Source: Firmicutes bacterium CAG:460
GTDB taxonomy: Bacteria > Bacillota_I > Bacilli_A > RF39 > UBA660
Direction: 5' to 3'
DNA length: 64,000 nt
Assembly (NCBI GenBank): GCA_000437355.1
Contig: FR899774.1
Span: 50,404-114,403, forward strand
In this document: positions 59,574 to 64,000 of the stretch, piece after piece
How the letters are laid out: each line of letters opens with the position of its first letter
Numbering within the stretch: the stretch's first letter is position 1
Translations under genes and position numbers: made by a program
Notes under the pieces: generated by a model
Seen by the model: only the letters and a program-made list of their open reading frames with translations
What the model was told of the DNA's origin: nothing
Database searches by the model: none

Positions 59574-60476
59574 TTACTTTATCTCGTATGTAAGAGGTAT
59601 TAATTTATCACTTTTAACATAATTTGCTACAAACTTGTCTTGTTCTTTTGTAATTATAATTCCAATTGTATTCTTTACATTTGGTTCTTTTCTATATTTG
59701 TCTATTAAATCCATATAAAACTCTACTTGGGCTTTATCTTCTTTTTTTAAACTACGAAGTTTTAACTCTACTACAACATAACAATTATATATAATATTAT
59801 ATAGTAGCATATCTATATAATAATCTTTGCTATCAACTGTTATTTTATATTGATTTCCAACCCAAGTAAAACCACTTCCAAGTTGTGAAAAAAAATCATT
59901 TAATTGTAAATATATTATTTTTTCTAGTCCTTTTTCACTCTTTATTTTATTTTTTCCAGACTTAATAATAATTGGATTTTTTAGATTATCTGTTATTGAT
60001 GGCACGTTTGAGGGAATTACTATATCTATTTTTTCGGGTTTATTTAATAATCTTTCATATGAATTATCTTTTATTACTTGTTTTAACTTTCTATGAGACA
60101 TATTATTTTTAATACACAAATTAATGTAGTAATTTCTTTTGTTTTCCTCTTTAATGGGTAAAAGAGTTCTAATTATTGTCCAACTTAAACTGTGGCGCAC
60201 TGCGCCACAGTTTGGAAATATTAGATAAAATTGCCTAAATCTCTTCATATTTGAGTAATCATATCCCTTTCCATATTCTTGTGAAAGTCTATTTGACCAT
60301 TCTTTTAATAAAGCATCTCCATATTTACTTTTCTCTTTTCCGCCTTGAGCTTTTATTATAAGTTTTCCTATATTCCAGTATGCTTCTGTTATTTCTTTAT
60401 TGGCTTGTCTTTCCCTTATTGCTTTTCCTATTTCTACTTTTTTAACTAGTGTTTCTACTTCCTTGTAACTATCCAT
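59574..60476 (-). CDS. Intact DUF1016/YhcG-type PDDEXK-superfamily nuclease-domain protein
   Basis: 300 aa. The C-terminal PD-(D/E)xK-like core reads YYIDMLLYN...VVVELKLRSLKKED. It contains the internal palindrome CTGTGGCGCACTGCGCCACAG at 60190-60210. Confidence 0.75.
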   Translation of the reverse strand: MDSYKEVETLVKKVEIGKAIRERQANKEITEAYWNIGKLIIKAQGGKEKSKYGDALLKEWSNRLSQEYGKGYDYSNMKRFRQFYLIFPNCGAVRHSLSWTIIRTLLPIKEENKRNYYINLCIKNNMSHRKLKQVIKDNSYERLLNKPEKIDIVIPSNVPSITDNLKNPIIIKSGKNKIKSEKGLEKIIYLQLNDFFSQLGSGFTWVGNQYKITVDSKDYYIDMLLYNIIYNCYVVVELKLRSLKKEDKAQVEFYMDLIDKYRKEPNVKNTIGIIITKEQDKFVANYVKSDKLIPLTYEIK

Positions 60477-60611
60477 ATTTCCTCCTTTATTTTAATTTCA
60501 ACATCATTTATTTTTTAATAATTCCTGTAAATATAAAATATATACTATCATAATATGTTTTTTATTACAAGGATTTTAGCTATTTTTTCTAAAAAATTTT
60601 AATATTAAAAA

Positions 60612-60630
60612 GTTGGCACACTGTGCCAAC
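60612..60630. terminator. GC-rich palindromic terminator between rpmE and the DUF1016 gene
   Basis: GTTGGCACACTGTGCCAAC followed by a T-run on the minus strand. Confidence 0.55.
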
Positions 60631-60652
60631 TTCTATGAAAAGAACAAACTAG

Positions 60653-60865
60653 TTAATTTTGTTCTTTATCTAAACCAAATTTTTTATTGAATTTTTCAAT
60701 ATTTCCAGTCTTTTTAGCTTTTCCTTGAGTACCTGTATAGAATGGATGACATTCACTACAAATTTCAACATCTATTTTTTCTTTAGTTGATTTTGTTTGA
60801 AATGTTGCTCCACATGCACAAGTAACAGTAGCATCTTTTACTTCTGGATGGATATTTGCTTTCAT
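60653..60865 (-). CDS. rpmE: 50S ribosomal protein L31 (Zn-ribbon type)
   Basis: [10 protein letters not shown]...CACGATF...[10 protein letters not shown]. The start follows the RBS GGAAGGAG. Confidence 0.85.
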   Translation of the reverse strand: MKANIHPEVKDATVTCACGATFQTKSTKEKIDVEICSECHPFYTGTQGKAKKTGNIEKFNKKFGLDKEQN

Positions 60866-60920
60866 ATTCTCTCCTTCCGCCATACCATATTCATGGCATA
60901 GTAATTCGTTTTTCTTACAT

Positions 60921-60948
60921 ATTATACCATATTTTATGTTTTTAACAA
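60921..60948 (-). promoter_or_regulatory. Putative rpmE promoter (TTGTTA-16-TGGTATAAT)
   Basis: The minus strand carries an extended -10 TGGTATAAT. A GCCAT...ATGGC hairpin sits in the leader before the RBS. Confidence 0.4.
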
Positions 60949-61229
60949 GGGGGTTTTGCTATTTTTTACATTTACTTACTAATTAATGATGCTTAGCTAC
61001 GGACAGTTTTCATAAATTAAAAATTTGGTATAACTATCATGTTACATCAAATCCTGATATTTTTGTACCAGATTCATTTGTTACTGTTTTATATTCTAAT
61101 CCTGTTAAACTTGTTATTGTATTTCTTGATTTATCTGTATAATTAATAAAACTTGCTAAGCAATATTATTTTGAAATAACTATTGAGATTACAAGTAAGA
61201 CTGATAAAATGATTAATCATAAATATTAA

Positions 61230-61919
61230 TTATTTTTTTATTATGACATATATCATTTTAGCTATTTCTTGATGAGCCAGATAGTTCATGTAATAGCTAT
61301 CTTTTTGTAAGTAATATTTTTCATTTAATGATAAAGCTAATACATCTATAAAAGAAGTATTATATTTACCACAGATAGTTTTTAATTTAGAATTTATTTC
61401 AATAGCATCTTTTTTAGAAAATGTATTTGTGGGATATACTCCAATTAATATTATATCTTTTTCATAGAATTCTCTAATACTTAAAAGAAATAAATCTATT
61501 TCTTTTAAGTATTTAGTAATCATTTCTTCAGAAATATTATCCACTAAAGAAAGACTTACAAATTCATCAATACCAATTGCTATTGTTAAAATATCTGTTT
61601 TAGCTATAGTTTGTTTTATTGGTATTCTTGTTGTTTTTCCTAAAGTATTTTCTTTTAAATGTTCATTTAATTCATGTATTGTTTGATGAACATAAGAAAA
61701 TTCATAATTGTATGTTCCTAAATCTTTTTTATTTTCTAATTTTTCTTTTAAATAATCATTAAAACTTGTTCCTGCTACATTATATGGTGTCATACCAATA
61801 CTAAAACCATCTCCGATAGATGTTAAATTTGTTTTTGATGTTACCCTTAAACTATTAATAATTATTGTTAATGTTGCTCCGATTATAATTATTAATAATA
61901 ATTTATATCTTCTTTTCAT
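61230..61919 (-). CDS. Hypothetical membrane-anchored protein, possibly a GDSL/SGNH-like hydrolase
   Basis: N-terminal TM. SIGDGFSIG resembles a degenerate GDS(L) block. The start ATG giving MKRRYK follows GGGGGAG. Confidence 0.35.
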   Translation of the reverse strand: MKRRYKLLLIIIIGATLTIIINSLRVTSKTNLTSIGDGFSIGMTPYNVAGTSFNDYLKEKLENKKDLGTYNYEFSYVHQTIHELNEHLKENTLGKTTRIPIKQTIAKTDILTIAIGIDEFVSLSLVDNISEEMITKYLKEIDLFLLSIREFYEKDIILIGVYPTNTFSKKDAIEINSKLKTICGKYNTSFIDVLALSLNEKYYLQKDSYYMNYLAHQEIAKMIYVIIKK

Positions 61920-61958
61920 AAACTCCCCCATTAAAAAATGTAAAGATTTCTCTTTACA

Positions 61959-63212
61959 TTATATTTCTTCAATTTTAATATTAGCACCAACACGAGATAA
62001 TTTGTTGATAATTCGTTCATAACCTCTTAAAATATGTTCGGCATCATTGATAATTGTTGTGCCATCTGCTAGAAGTCCTGCGGTAACAAGGGCTGCTCCA
62101 GCTCTAAGGTCTGTTGCTGTTATAGTTTTTCCATGCAATTTTGTTGGTCCAGTTATTTTAGCATGTTGTCTTTCAGCTTCAATATTTGCTCCCATTAAGT
62201 TTAGATACTTAACATGCCCCATTCTATTTTCCCAGATTGTTTCTTCAAATAACGATATCCCATTTGCTTGTGTTAATAACACTGACATTGGTTGACCTAA
62301 ATCGGTTGGAAAACCTGGATAAACCACTGTTCTTACATTTGTGGGTTTTAAATTTGCACTTTTATTTAATATCATTTTATGGTTATTTAATTTAAAATTA
62401 ACTCCCATTTCTTGTAGTTTATTTAATAAAACTATATTATGTTCTGGTATCATTCCATCAATTTCTAAGTTATCTCCGAGAAGAGCTCCCATTATGATGT
62501 ATGTTCCAGCTTCTATTCTATCTGGTATTACTTTAATTTCTGCTCCATGAAGTTCTTTTACTCCTTCAATTTTTATTTCTTCTGTTCCTGCTCCAGTTAT
62601 TTTTGCTCCCATGTTGTTTAGAAGTTCTGCTATGTTTACTATTTCCGCCTCACGAGCTGCATTATTAATAATTGTTGTACCTTTGGCTAATGTTGCTGCA
62701 ATCATGATATTTATTGTTGCTCCAACCGATGCAAAGTCTAAAAAAATATTGGCTCCATGAAGTTCTTTAGCATCAAGGATGTACTTTGAGTCTTCTTTTG
62801 TAATTGTTGCTCCAAGAGCCTCAAAGCCTTTTAAATGTAAATCAATTGGTCTTGAACCGATATTACATCCACCTGGAAAATACATTTCAACATGTTTGTA
62901 TCTAGCAAGTAGTGAACCCATAAAATAATATGATGCTCTTAATCTACTACTTAGATTTTCTGGTATTACAACATTTTTCATATTTGATGCATCAATATCA
63001 ATATTATCTTTATTATTAATAACAGATACATTTAATAATTTTAATATTTCAATAAGGGCATCTCTATCAGATATATTTGGAACATTAGAAATATGAACAT
63101 TGCCATTTGCCATAATTGCTGCAGGTATTAATGCAACAACACTATTTTTTGCTCCCCCAATTTTGATTTTACCACTTAAAGGTTTGTTTCCTTCAATTAT
63201 TATTCTTTTCAA
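61959..63212 (-). CDS. murA: UDP-N-acetylglucosamine 1-carboxyvinyltransferase MurA
   Basis: 417 aa with the EPSP-synthase fold and the active-site Cys region (YFPGGCNIGSRPIDLH). Confidence 0.95.
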   Translation of the reverse strand: MKRIIIEGNKPLSGKIKIGGAKNSVVALIPAAIMANGNVHISNVPNISDRDALIEILKLLNVSVINNKDNIDIDASNMKNVVIPENLSSRLRASYYFMGSLLARYKHVEMYFPGGCNIGSRPIDLHLKGFEALGATITKEDSKYILDAKELHGANIFLDFASVGATINIMIAATLAKGTTIINNAAREAEIVNIAELLNNMGAKITGAGTEEIKIEGVKELHGAEIKVIPDRIEAGTYIIMGALLGDNLEIDGMIPEHNIVLLNKLQEMGVNFKLNNHKMILNKSANLKPTNVRTVVYPGFPTDLGQPMSVLLTQANGISLFEETIWENRMGHVKYLNLMGANIEAERQHAKITGPTKLHGKTITATDLRAGAALVTAGLLADGTTIINDAEHILRGYERIINKLSRVGANIKIEEI

Positions 63213-63258
63213 AATAAATCACCTCTTTATAATATTTATGGCATAGAAAAAAGAAATA

Positions 63259-63663
63259 TTATTGTTCTTTTCCACATACTTTGCAATATTTTGAGTCACC
63301 ATCAATTAATTTACCACAATATTTACAATATATTTTATTATTTGATAATCCATTTTTTATTGCAGATGTAGCTATTTCTATTCCTTCTTTATTTATATTC
63401 GCTTTTCTTATTACATTTTCTTTCATTATATCTTCACGATTATCTAATACTTCTTTTTCAGCATTTATTTCTACATCTTTTGATGTTGAAATAATATCTT
63501 TTAAATCTTCTTTACTATATTTTATCATGTGTTTAGTAGCTTTTATTTGTCTACTCATCCATTTTCCTCTTAACTTTGGACTTACCATTAATGCTATAGT
63601 AAAAATAAAAGATAAACCAATTAAAATTGGTACTATATAAAATAATATTTCCAAAATAATCAC
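63259..63663 (-). CDS. Small membrane protein with a C-terminal zinc-ribbon (CxxC...CxxC)
   Basis: N-terminal TM. The C-terminus reads CKYCGKLIDGDSKYCKVCGKEQ. Confidence 0.35.
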   Translation of the reverse strand: MIILEILFYIVPILIGLSFIFTIALMVSPKLRGKWMSRQIKATKHMIKYSKEDLKDIISTSKDVEINAEKEVLDNREDIMKENVIRKANINKEGIEIATSAIKNGLSNNKIYCKYCGKLIDGDSKYCKVCGKEQ

Positions 63664-63724
63664 ACTCGTTTCTATAACGATTATAACATTTATTGGTTAA
63701 GTTGTAAATTAATTGATATTTATT

Positions 63725-64000
63725 TTACAGTATATGATATAAACCTAGTAATATAAGAAGAATTATACCAATTAAACTTGCATATTTACCAATAAATTTA
63801 TTAGAATACTTACCTATTAATAAACCAATTGCTGTAAATGAAAAACTACATACTGAAAAAATAAAACTTGCTAACATAAATTTATTAGTAATTTCACTTA
63901 TACCTAAACCTATAGTAAAAGAGTCAATGCTTACACTAAATGCTAAGAAGATTAAACTAATTAAATTAATATTTATATTTATTTCTTCTTTTTTAAAATA
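63725..64000 (-). CDS. MntP/YtaF-family membrane protein. Partial: the N-terminus lies beyond the window end.
   Basis: Minus-strand translation gives ...LAFSVSIDSFTIGLGISEITNKFMLASFIFSVCSFSFTAIGLLIGKY..., which is MntP/YtaF-like. The stop is at 63725-63727. Confidence 0.5.
   Translation of the reverse strand, partial: YFKKEEINININLISLIFLAFSVSIDSFTIGLGISEITNKFMLASFIFSVCSFSFTAIGLLIGKYSNKFIGKYASLIGIILLILLGLYHIL

Noticed and set aside
60884-61229. The ~350-nt gap upstream of rpmE as a possible small RNA gene
   Set aside because: It contains a good promoter and a leader hairpin for rpmE. No conserved ncRNA signature (SRP, 6S, RNase P) was recognisable by eye.

Overview
This is an AT-rich chromosomal segment (roughly 70% A+T by eye) from an endospore-forming low-GC Firmicute, Clostridia- or Erysipelotrichia-like. 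The evidence is sporulation genes: spoIIAA-sigF-spoVAC/D/E and spoIID-spoIIQ-like-spoIIID. Almost every gene is on the minus strand.

Core content:
- A rimP-nusA-ylxR-infB-rbfA-truB operon.
- typA, recA, asnB, an LtaS-family sulfatase, rmuC, and cdaA-cdaR.
- smpB and RNase R, plus a second RNB-family paralog.
- secG, ftsH, tilS, secA, hpf, cspA, rpmE, murA, rpiB.
- prfB with its programmed +1 frameshift.
- An OatA-like acyltransferase, an ABC-F ATPase, a DUF1015 protein, and a CtpA protease.

Accessory or unusual content:
1. A three-member DUF1016/YhcG-type PDDEXK-nuclease gene family. One copy is intact. One is inactivated by a 112-bp tandem duplication. One is a 3' fragment fused in-line to a truncated 16S rRNA 5' fragment that still carries its strong promoter.
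2. A family of GC-rich palindromes (GGCRCASTGYGCC) that flank the intact DUF1016 gene as terminator-like hairpins and also occur inside the coding sequence of two copies, with atypical codon choice.
3. A small islet (two pilin-like genes plus the DUF1016 pseudogene) inserted between secG and rnr.
4. Two decayed paralogous C-terminally anchored surface-protein genes.
5. A tandem trio of small paralogous genes with homopolymer frameshifts.
6. A Nudix/wHTH (NrtR-like) regulator with two near-identical palindromic operators, in front of its own operon and a GuaD-like deaminase gene.
7. spoIIAA translationally coupled directly to sigF with no spoIIAB between them.

No CRISPR array, tRNA, intact rRNA or recognisable transposase or integrase was seen. 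Several apparent frameshifts sit in short homopolymers, so sequencing error must be excluded before calling them pseudogenes.
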